IMG/VR virus record: IMGVR_UViG_3300013104_000040
Span: 1-42,024 of that record
Length of the DNA stretch: 42,024 nucleotides
Source: a virus
Reading direction: 5' to 3' (one strand)
Part shown: piece by piece, positions 24,918 through 31,109 of the stretch
How the letters are laid out: the number at the start of each line of letters is the position of its first letter
Numbering within the stretch: position 1 is the first letter of the stretch
Position numbers and translations under genes: made by a program
Notes under the pieces: model-generated
Database searches by the model: none
What the model was told of the DNA's origin: nothing
What the model saw: only the letters and a program-made list of their open reading frames with translations

Positions 24918-24970
24918 AGGTGGTGGGCGGTGTCCGCGAGCTCATCGCGCTGAGGTTTTTACTCCCCCCC
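24918..24970. other. Candidate cos (cohesive-end) region
   Basis: A GC-rich island GGTGGTGGGCGGTGTCCGCGAGCTCATCGCGCTGAGG plus a C7 run lies 50-100 nt upstream of terS and downstream of the HNH block. This is the usual cos position in HNH-dependent HK97-like packaging. Confidence 0.35.
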
Positions 24971-24971
24971 A

Positions 24972-25163
24972 CTATGTTATTAATTTAACGCTCTCAACCT
25001 TTCCCCAAATTGTTTGATCTACTGTTGGCTCAGTCCAGTTTGTTGGTGCAAGCCATCTTCCACCACTTGCTGTCACACCTACAGAAGCATATGACCATCC
25101 ACCCTCTTTCCAGAAGATGTAGTACAGCCCATTCTTAAGAGAGGAGACTTCTTTCTTATTCAT
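24972..25163 (-). CDS. Hypothetical protein (63 aa)
   Basis: The ORF is coupled to the HNH stop (ATGA-type overlap). No motifs recognised. Confidence 0.55.
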   Translation of the reverse strand: MNKKEVSSLKNGLYYIFWKEGGWSYASVGVTASGGRWLAPTNWTEPTVDQTIWGKVESVKLIT

Positions 25164-25438
25164 AATCTACTCTCCTTCAACGTCTTCTCTTTATGACAAG
25201 TACCACACAAGCTCTGTAGGTTTGATTCATCATCATTGCCACCTTGTGCGATATTAATAATATGATCTAGCTCAAGGTCCATAGTAACTACACCGCAGCA
25301 CTGACATGTGTACTTATCTCTTAGGTGTATCTTTGCTTTGAGTCTACGCCATGGTCGACCTCCACGACCTGAACCCCAACTACTGTGCCTTGGTGTTCTC
25401 TGTGCCTGTAGTCTCGGCTTGAGTGTTTGTAGTTTCAT
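25160..25438 (-). CDS. HNH endonuclease (terminase-associated)
   Basis: CQCCG..DLELDHIINIAQGGNDDESNLQSLCGTCHKEKT carries the HNH and zinc-finger motifs. The N-terminus MKLQTLKPRL..RGGRPWRRL is typical of phage packaging HNH proteins. Confidence 0.9.
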   Translation of the reverse strand: MKLQTLKPRLQAQRTPRHSSWGSGRGGRPWRRLKAKIHLRDKYTCQCCGVVTMDLELDHIINIAQGGNDDESNLQSLCGTCHKEKTLKESRL

Positions 25439-25685
25439 TTAGAATTCTCATCAGACCTAAGCGCTTTAAGTCTTTATCAGTAAGAGCTTCAATAGATAAT
25501 CGGTTATCGATTACGACGGCCTCCTGTTTAAAGCCACGTTCTTTCCATGCTTCTGCAATTGCTCTACTTATCTCAGCCGTCATATTTGAATCAGTTTTAA
25601 TAACACTGATAGTTGAATCTGGATGAACTTGTTCTACAGTAAAGTTGATTACTATCGGTCTTTTAAAGAAGTTAAACATAATCAT
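25380..25685 (-). CDS. Hypothetical protein (101 aa), 3' end overlapping the HNH start by 59 nt
   Basis: Long ORF coupled to the upstream ORF (ATGA). No motifs recognised. Confidence 0.5.
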   Translation of the reverse strand: MIMFNFFKRPIVINFTVEQVHPDSTISVIKTDSNMTAEISRAIAEAWKERGFKQEAVVIDNRLSIEALTDKDLKRLGLMRILNETTNTQAETTGTENTKAQ

Positions 25686-25897
25686 CTTCCATCAAATGCA
25701 GGTGAAGGCCCTGTCTCTTTGCCTTCAAAGTCTGGAGTTAATCGGATAAGTACTTCTGCCACTTGATCAACACCTACCGTAGTTTCAACAAAACTCACTC
25801 CATGCAAGTAGCTGCCATCACTTAGTTTAACCTTTGTACCTTTACCAGACTTTCCGCCTGAGTACTCAACGTTAGTAACACTTAGATACTTAACCAT
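25682..25897 (-). CDS. Hypothetical protein (71 aa)
   Basis: ORF in the operon frame series. No motifs recognised. Confidence 0.55.
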   Translation of the reverse strand: MVKYLSVTNVEYSGGKSGKGTKVKLSDGSYLHGVSFVETTVGVDQVAEVLIRLTPDFEGKETGPSPAFDGR

Positions 25898-25904
25898 ATT
25901 AACC

Positions 25905-26177
25905 TCAATCCAATGTTCTATTCTGAATAACAGGCTGCTCTTCCTGCTCAGTAAGCTGTACTAATAATTCATTGTTCTGTTCAATCGCTGCTAGGATTAT
26001 CTGATCCTTGTGCGCTACTTGCTGAATCAGTGTTGTGTTCTGCTCCACTATCTTGCTGAGTAGTTCTAGTACTTCTTTGCTTGAGCATCCGCACTCTTTG
26101 CTTGAACAGTTCGTATTGTTCTTTAATCCACTCACGACGTTCCTCACATCCTTTACATGCCATCTTTGTAGCACCAC
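25905..26177 (-). CDS. Hypothetical protein; coding frame ambiguous (see the overlapping ORF 25981-26187)
   Basis: The C-terminal half (VLELLSKIVEQNTTLIQQVAHKDQIILAAIEQNNELLVQLTEQEE) looks coding in this frame. The N-terminal half looks coding in the other frame (MACKGCEERREWIKEQYELFKQRVRMLKQ). Confidence 0.4.
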   Translation of the reverse strand: MVLQRWHVKDVRNVVSGLKNNTNCSSKECGCSSKEVLELLSKIVEQNTTLIQQVAHKDQIILAAIEQNNELLVQLTEQEEQPVIQNRTLD

Positions 26178-26644
26178 ATAAGTTCATTAGGGATTAATAG
26201 CTTTGCTCCATGCATTAGACAGAATGCTTCAATCTGATTGAGATATTCATTCATTTGCTTAACTGAGCACTTCTTAGTGCTTGTAAGCTTAATTACATGA
26301 TTAGCTATTGCTTTGTATTCTTCACATTCGTTTTGTTTGAGTGCCGAAATAGATGCGCACATTTGGGAATATTCAGTATCATCACGCTTGAAGATTGAAA
26401 TTAAAAATCTACGTTTAAAGAAAAGGTGTTGAGCTTCTTTTGTAGATCCAACATGATCTGCAAACTGCGTCATCCATTTCCAATACAATCTATTCTGCGC
26501 ATTACTTCTATCTTCTTGTTTATTCGTAATGGTGACGATTAAAGGTTTTCCTTCGGATGCAGCTTGAGCATGATTCAAATTAAGGAAATTAATTACCTTG
26601 CTGATTTCGCCATGGTTAGGTATAGGAAATATCGCTGTATTCAT
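26153..26644 (-). CDS. ninB: NinB / Orf-family recombination mediator
   Basis: PLIVTITNKQEDRSNAQNRLYWKWMTQFADHVG parallels lambda NinB (PIVVTIQERNRSLDQNRKLWACLGDVSRQV, recalled from memory). The likely ATG is at 26644. Confidence 0.65.
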   Translation of the reverse strand: MNTAIFPIPNHGEISKVINFLNLNHAQAASEGKPLIVTITNKQEDRSNAQNRLYWKWMTQFADHVGSTKEAQHLFFKRRFLISIFKRDDTEYSQMCASISALKQNECEEYKAIANHVIKLTSTKKCSVKQMNEYLNQIEAFCLMHGAKLLIPNELMWCYKDGM

Positions 26645-26652
26645 ACCCACCT

Positions 26653-26676
26653 CAATAAAAAACCACCCGAGGGTGG
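26653..26676 (-). terminator. Intrinsic terminator (minus strand) with TTTTTTATTG tail, upstream of ninB
   Basis: The minus strand reads GCCACCCTCGGGTGG followed by TTTTTTATTGAGGTGGGTATG. Confidence 0.75.
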
Positions 26677-26677
26677 C

Positions 26678-26935
26678 TTAACTTTCTAAACTACACATCC
26701 GCCTCATAAACTCTTTCGAGGCGGTTTCCATTACGTCTAGGCCATTTCCTTTATCGAATAAGAAAACTATAGAGCTATTTTCCAGTTCCATAGATATGCT
26801 GTATAAATCAGCGTTTTCCATCATCAATATGTCTTTATCTACAGCCTTTTTATATTCAGCTAGACCATTAACAAAATTAACTCTTACATGCGATTTTACT
26901 GACATTTTAATGCTCAAATTATTCATTATGAACAT
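26678..26935 (-). CDS. Hypothetical protein (start uncertain)
   Basis: The ORF lies downstream of the DUF1364-like gene. The track start at 27001 overlaps that gene, so ATG 26935 is chosen. Confidence 0.45.
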   Translation of the reverse strand: MFIMNNLSIKMSVKSHVRVNFVNGLAEYKKAVDKDILMMENADLYSISMELENSSIVFLFDKGNGLDVMETASKEFMRRMCSLES

Positions 26936-26939
26936 TATA

Positions 26940-27215
26940 TCAAAACGGCTCATCTGGATGTTGGCGCAACATTCGCTCTGTCTTTTCCAACCACCCATCA
27001 AACAAAGCTTCCGATTCTTGTCTTGTGCCTAGCTGAAATGTGTCGAAAAGATGATGGCAACGAAAACACAGGGCTATGGTATAGATATCTGAACTTTTAG
27101 TGCCTCTACCCTTGCCGTGCTTTGAACTGTTTGAATGTGCAGCCTGTGACGGACCTTGTCCGCATCTAACGCATGGCAACAGTCGAATAGCCTTCAATCG
27201 CTTTGCATCACGCAT
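26940..27215 (-). CDS. DUF1364 (YbcO-like) zinc-binding nin-region protein
   Basis: LPCVRCGQGPSQAAHSN..GKGRGTKSSDIYTIALCFRCHHLFD matches the C..C..AH..K..D..LC..CH pattern of the YbcO family. Confidence 0.6.
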   Translation of the reverse strand: MRDAKRLKAIRLLPCVRCGQGPSQAAHSNSSKHGKGRGTKSSDIYTIALCFRCHHLFDTFQLGTRQESEALFDGWLEKTERMLRQHPDEPF

Positions 27216-27378
27216 AAAGATTACTTCTTATATTCTTCACTTGGTCTTTATGGCGCTTAATCTTCGCGTCAATATCGAGCATTTCTTTTGCTGTCATTAA
27301 ACCGCGTGAAAGGTTCTGTAGCTTTTCTATTTCATTGCACAAGGCATTTAAATTCTTCTTCGCTTCTATTGTGTCCAT
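27208..27378 (-). CDS. Hypothetical coiled-coil protein (56 aa from ATG 27378)
   Basis: MDTIEAKKNLNALCNEIEKLQ.. has an RBS (GGGGTGAG). The track start at 27426 would run through the terminator hairpin. Confidence 0.5.
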   Translation of the reverse strand: MDTIEAKKNLNALCNEIEKLQNLSRGLMTAKEMLDIDAKIKRHKDQVKNIRSNLYA

Positions 27379-27387
27379 ACTCACCCC

Positions 27388-27414
27388 AAAAAAGAAAATC
27401 TCCCGAAGGAGATT
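27388..27414 (-). terminator. Intrinsic terminator (minus strand)
   Basis: The minus strand reads AATCTCCTTCGGGAGATT followed by TTCTTTTTTGGGG. Confidence 0.65.
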
Positions 27415-27646
27415 ATTTAATGTCAATTATTAGTCTTGATTGCAGGCCATTGGATTTTATAAATCTTATAACCCTAAACTCTTCCTCATAGCCATCTGAC
27501 CATGTTTTGATAATCTTATCTCCACATTTAATTGGAGCATCCAAATTACCACTGTAAATCACCTTATTCTGCAAGTTACACTTATCTAGCAGAAAGACAC
27601 TATCCGTATTCTTGCATACAAGTTTCAATTGAGTATTAAATAACAT
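27413..27646 (-). CDS. Hypothetical protein (~77 aa)
   Basis: The ORF follows the extended -10 promoter at 27673-27681. The start is ATG 27646 or TTG 27655. Confidence 0.5.
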   Translation of the reverse strand: MLFNTQLKLVCKNTDSVFLLDKCNLQNKVIYSGNLDAPIKCGDKIIKTWSDGYEEEFRVIRFIKSNGLQSRLIIDIK

Positions 27647-27672
27647 TTCTAACAACCATTATGTGAAAGAAA

Positions 27673-27681
27673 AATTATAAC
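27673..27681 (-). promoter_or_regulatory. Extended -10 promoter element TGTTATAAT (minus strand)
   Basis: Exact TGnTATAAT between the tRNA 3' end and the next ORF. Confidence 0.45.
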
Positions 27682-27715
27682 ACATTGTTTTTTATCATTT
27701 TGCTTGCAAGCTAAT

Positions 27716-27792
27716 GGCACGCCATGCAGGACTCGAACCCGCATCAATCACACTAGAATTATGATGTCTTATCCAATTAGACGAATGGCGTA
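27716..27792 (-). tRNA. tRNA-Arg (anticodon UCU), CCA encoded
   Basis: The hand-folded cloverleaf has acceptor ACGCCAT/ATGGCGT, D arm GTCT-AATTGGATA-AGAC, anticodon arm TCATA-ATTCTAG-TGTGA (U-UCU-A) and T arm GCGGG-TTCGAGT-CCTGC, followed by a discriminator G and CCA. Confidence 0.9.
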
Positions 27793-27818
27793 AAAGAAAA
27801 CCCCACCAATCGGCAGGG

Positions 27819-27935
27819 CTACAAAGATTTAACCTTTCCACACTTTCCACACTTTCTGCATTCTTTCTGATTAAACATGTCTGAGTCATACTCCCAAACG
27901 TGAATGCAAAATACTTGCTTGATGATTCGGAGCAT
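27819..27935 (-). CDS. 38-aa Cys-rich small ORF (hypothetical)
   Basis: Hand translation gives MLRIIKQVFCIHVWEYDSDMFNQKECRKCGKCGKVKSL. It has a strong RBS (TAGGAGGT, 5 nt spacer) and is followed by a G-U-rich hairpin and a T-run just before the tRNA. Confidence 0.45.
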   Translation of the reverse strand: MLRIIKQVFCIHVWEYDSDMFNQKECRKCGKCGKVKSL

Positions 27936-27978
27936 GTGAACCTCCTATAGGCATACAAAGGAAACGTAGCTAAAGCTT

Positions 27979-28344
27979 TTAGAATTGTCTATCCAATTCA
28001 GCTTGATAGAGCTTTTCTTTCAAGCGGTAGCCTTCTAACTGCCAGATTTTTTCACGTGCGTTTTTATATGCGATTTCGCGTCCAATTTTCTCATCAAAGT
28101 TCTCAGGACTTGCGCATGCACTCTCACCTGTAACTGTAAAACCGTTTTCTAATGAAAGAATACAAATAGTTAAACAGCTTGCACCACAATCATTTTTATA
28201 ATCATCTGCAAAGTAATCAGGCACTACATCACCATTGATAAAGCGGACAGCTTTAATTTTTGAATCGATATGTTCAGGTGTTAATCGTGGAGCATTCAAG
28301 CCTTTATCCTGAATTTCTTTTTCAAGTTTTTGTTCGTCTGACAT
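27979..28344 (-). CDS. Gp49-like protein (N4 gp49 / Sf6 gp66 family)
   Basis: TVTGESACASPENFDEKIGREIAYKNAREKIWQLEGYRLKE matches the conserved C-terminal signature of that family. Confidence 0.6.
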   Translation of the reverse strand: MSDEQKLEKEIQDKGLNAPRLTPEHIDSKIKAVRFINGDVVPDYFADDYKNDCGASCLTICILSLENGFTVTGESACASPENFDEKIGREIAYKNAREKIWQLEGYRLKEKLYQAELDRQF

Positions 28345-28370
28345 TCTTTTTCTCGCTTTTCTCTAGGAAA

Positions 28371-28407
28371 CAAAAAAGCCCAGTTATTCAGTAGGATAGC
28401 TGGGCTT
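28371..28407 (-). terminator. Intrinsic terminator (minus strand) upstream of the gp49-like gene
   Basis: The minus strand has AGCCCAG..CTGGGCT (7-bp stem, 16-nt loop) followed by TTTTTTG. Confidence 0.6.
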
Positions 28408-28589
28408 CGTAGTACTGTGGTTTAAGGCTACTGATGTGTTAAGGGGTCGCCAAGCCCAAGTAAATACTCACCTCTTTAGGTGGTCAAACCAAGGGTAGTG
28501 CCTTGTTCAAAGCCTCGCACCCTTTCTATTACCCTATTGACTAAATAGGACACCCACTAAATTTAAGAAGCCTAGTAGGTAGCTCCAAA

Positions 28590-28617
28590 ATGCAAAAAGC
28601 CCATCGAATGATGAGCT
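28590..28617 (-). terminator. Intrinsic terminator (minus strand) after the T5orf172 gene
   Basis: The minus strand reads AGCTCATC-ATTC-GATGGGCT followed by TTTTTGCATTTT. Confidence 0.65.
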
Positions 28618-28664
28618 TTGAATGCTAGTGAACCTGACTACTCAAGCGCACTATACCAGAAATA

Positions 28665-29233
28665 CTATACCGCGCGTTTAAACGAGTCAACACCAAAAGC
28701 ATCAAAAATATTAAATTTCTGCCTAATGAGGTCGATATTACTGAAACATTCAGTACGACCACAAAATTCTTTCTTCGGTGTGTACCTGTATTTAGCTAAT
28801 AGTTTTAATAATAAGGTCTCAAACCTGTAGAGCTTTTTCCTATCTCCATTCTGTAAGCTTAGAACATCAAACTTATATGGAAGCCTACTATTGTCTGGAA
28901 ACCTAGCCTCTAAAGACTTAGTGGTAATTCCTATTTTATAAAATTCTTCTTGATCATCATAACAACGAATCAGATAAATCATTGCTCCCTGATCCATTAG
29001 ACTTTCTTCATTACAAGCTATACATCCTCTGCCCGCTAATAGCTTTTTAGCCCTTGTTCTTATCCACCATGTTTAGGACATTTAATCTCAACAGTTGACT
29101 CAACATCCTTATCAAAGACAACCCGAGAGAAATCATAATCAAAATCCTCGTAGGTTAATTCTAGGAGTTTCATAAAATTTTGGTGACGACGTTGCATAGC
29201 TGTGGCTACGCAAGTAATATTGCGCACAGTCAT
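28665..29233 (-). pseudogene. T5orf172 / GIY-YIG-like nuclease gene interrupted by a frame change near 29060-29072
   Basis: The N-terminal part (29060-29233) ends ..VEIKCPKHGG*. The -1 frame continues WWIRTRAKKLLAGRGCIACNEESLMDQGAMIYLIRCYDDQEEFYKIGIT..GRTECF, which gives the zinc-finger H..G.GC..C and the T5orf172 core. Confidence 0.6.
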
Positions 29234-29260
29234 TTTGGAGCCTCAATTTCAATTTGATTA

Positions 29261-29312
29261 GAGCCATATAGGTGTTGGTAGCACCTGTATGGCTTGCTTA
29301 ATTATTATACCA
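29261..29312 (-). promoter_or_regulatory. Candidate late promoter (PR'-like): extended -10 TGGTATAAT (29304-29312) followed by a 12-bp-stem hairpin (29261-29293)
   Basis: Exact TGnTATAAT lies 16 nt past the stop of the Q-like gene. The initial transcript would fold as AGCCATACAGGTG-CTACCAA-CACCTATATGGCT. Confidence 0.5.
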
Positions 29313-29327
29313 TAAAAGCAAATAAGC

Positions 29328-29768
29328 TCATGATATTCTTAATCTTTTGTCATGTGCATGTAGAAAGAATCTTGCATTTCCTACCATGATATTTACCTGT
29401 GCTTTAGATTGGTTTGTAATCCCCGCCACGGCACTTAAAGATCTATTTTCGACTTTATGCTTCACTAAACACATCAATGCGTATTTAGCCTGATAATCAA
29501 CCTTTTCTGATTTCCAAATACTTCGTAACAAAGCCTGAATTTGGTCTGCCTCAAAATCATTGATCTCACAACGTATGTAAGATTTTCCTTTCGGCATCTC
29601 CTTTCCAGCCTCACGCATCAACCAATAGATCTGATTGATATGTAGACCATCTGGTAAATCACCTCCTTTCATGCGCACAGTTTCACACCAAGCGCCGAAC
29701 TGCTCTAACCATCCATCTATCGTGTATTTATTCCAATCCATTACTGGTGTTGCTACTGCCGCATTCAT
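29328..29768 (-). CDS. Antitermination protein Q-like (phage 82 / QuuD-type family)
   Basis: GWLEQFGAWCE parallels the LERWGAWA motif near the N-terminus of QuuD-type Q proteins (from memory). The size (146 aa) and the position ahead of a strong promoter and a terminator-studded late region fit. Confidence 0.55.
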   Translation of the reverse strand: MNAAVATPVMDWNKYTIDGWLEQFGAWCETVRMKGGDLPDGLHINQIYWLMREAGKEMPKGKSYIRCEINDFEADQIQALLRSIWKSEKVDYQAKYALMCLVKHKVENRSLSAVAGITNQSKAQVNIMVGNARFFLHAHDKRLRIS

Positions 29769-29778
29769 ACCCTTACCC

Positions 29779-29943
29779 CTACTTAAATACTGAACAACTA
29801 AATTGAGTGCCTCTTACCCAAAATACTTCTTGGTTCTTGCATACCGACTTAGCATTTAAGACAGTCCCACCTATCCCTATCACCAACAAAAGCAGGCAAA
29901 ATACAACCCAAAGTAGTTCATAGTTAATATTCTTTTTCATCAT
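29779..29943 (-). CDS. 54-aa small membrane protein (hypothetical)
   Basis: Hand translation gives MMKKNINYELLWVVFCLLLLVIGIGGTVLNAKSVCKNQEVFWVRGTQFSCSVFK. Its start overlaps the stop of the upstream nuclease gene. Confidence 0.45.
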   Translation of the reverse strand: MMKKNINYELLWVVFCLLLLVIGIGGTVLNAKSVCKNQEVFWVRGTQFSCSVFK

Positions 29944-30341
29944 GCTACCTTCGCCCGTTCCATTGCTAGTTCAATCCACTTGAGCACTAGACCTTCTTTC
30001 ACTTGGTTTGTGGTGCCACGAATTACAGTCCAACCCATTGCGGCTACTGTTGAGTACTTCTCACAATCATCTGTGTAGCCTTGCCCACGTGTATGACGAC
30101 CATTGCAAAATGCACCACCCTCTACTTCGACTAGGATTTGATACCCTTCAATTCGAAAGTCTGCCTTCCATCTTCTATCCGGGTTAAATCGATACTCTTG
30201 TTCGTACCCAATCTTCATGATGTCTAGTTGGCTGCAAAGCATTTGCTCGCCTTTGCTGACAGCCTTCTTAAATTTAGGTGGCACACTAGAACGAGCCACT
30301 GGTTTTGATCTAATGCGTTGAGCCTCTTTGAATGTGGTCAT
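29940..30341 (-). CDS. PD-(D/E)xK-type endonuclease (Vsr/DUF559-like fold), possible junction resolvase
   Basis: RWKADFRIEGYQILVEVEGGAFCNGRHTRGQGYTDDCEKYSTVAAMGWTVIR follows the D..EVEG..GRH..D.EK pattern. ATG 30341 has an RBS (GAGGAG). Confidence 0.5.
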   Translation of the reverse strand: MTTFKEAQRIRSKPVARSSVPPKFKKAVSKGEQMLCSQLDIMKIGYEQEYRFNPDRRWKADFRIEGYQILVEVEGGAFCNGRHTRGQGYTDDCEKYSTVAAMGWTVIRGTTNQVKEGLVLKWIELAMERAKVA

Positions 30342-30481
30342 TGGTCGCTCCTCACAACAGAAAGAATAAGGAAGATCATGCAAATCATTAGGCAAATACC
30401 TGTGAAGCCATTCTTAAAGCTCGCAAAGAGAATGGCGTTACAGATAGTCATTACAGACTGCAATTGTTGTGTTTTATTCAT
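30338..30481 (-). CDS. 47-aa hydrophobic small ORF (hypothetical)
   Basis: Hand translation gives MNKTQQLQSVMTICNAILFASFKNGFTGICLMICMIFLILSVVRSDQ. Both ends have ATGA overlaps with the flanking genes. Confidence 0.4.
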   Translation of the reverse strand: MNKTQQLQSVMTICNAILFASFKNGFTGICLMICMIFLILSVVRSDQ

Positions 30482-30843
30482 CCTTCCCCCTTGAGCGCTT
30501 GCTCAACTCGCATTGCTAAACATGCACTGAGTGCACCACCTTTCTTGCAAAGTTCTAATGCCATATCCACCCGCTTTTGCAGCTCGTCACGTTCATGGGT
30601 AAGAATTAATGTTTTCTCGAATAATTTGATTTCTCTTTTGTGGATTTCCTGTGCATGGTTTTGCAGCCCCTCCACTTTCGCTTGCTGGTAAGCGTAACCT
30701 CTGTGAGCCATCTCTACATCACGATCCCTATATTCATCAAACTGACGTTCAAAAATGTAATAATCCAAATTTGCCGCAGATAAAGCCTTGCCTGTTGGTG
30801 TGGATAAAAACCAATTTTCAAACTCTTCTCTACACTTCTCCAT
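30478..30843 (-). CDS. Hypothetical protein (Ea22-like N-terminus, coiled coil)
   Basis: MEKCREEFENWF.. followed by a helical region. ATG 30843 abuts the upstream stop. Confidence 0.55.
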   Translation of the reverse strand: MEKCREEFENWFLSTPTGKALSAANLDYYIFERQFDEYRDRDVEMAHRGYAYQQAKVEGLQNHAQEIHKREIKLFEKTLILTHERDELQKRVDMALELCKKGGALSACLAMRVEQALKGEG

Positions 30844-31109
30844 CACACATCCTCCACTTTGCAATTCGGCGAAATGTGGTTTTCTGGTTTGTCTAGGGTT
30901 TCGCAGTCAATGCGGTGGCCTGCTGCTATTTCTTCAGGCTCAGCACGTCTGAATCTATTCTTCTCTACCCAATGCTCCCCGTCGTTTAAAACCAAACCCC
31001 AATCATCAATAAATCCAGTAATCTTTTTAATAGTTAAGTATTTAGCTTCTAAACCATCATCAGTACAAACCACTAAATCGCCTGTTTGAAATTCCTTATA
31101 CTCACTCAT
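30843..31109 (-). CDS. Hypothetical protein (88 aa from ATG 31109)
   Basis: MSEYKEFQTGDLVVCTDDGLEAKYL.. has a strong RBS (AAGGAG). The track start at 31235 is less likely. Confidence 0.55.
   Translation of the reverse strand: MSEYKEFQTGDLVVCTDDGLEAKYLTIKKITGFIDDWGLVLNDGEHWVEKNRFRRAEPEEIAAGHRIDCETLDKPENHISPNCKVEDV

Noticed and set aside
27695-27958. 87-aa ORF on the minus strand.
   Set aside because: It runs straight through the tRNA-Arg(UCU) gene and the terminator hairpin upstream of it, so it is a translation artefact.
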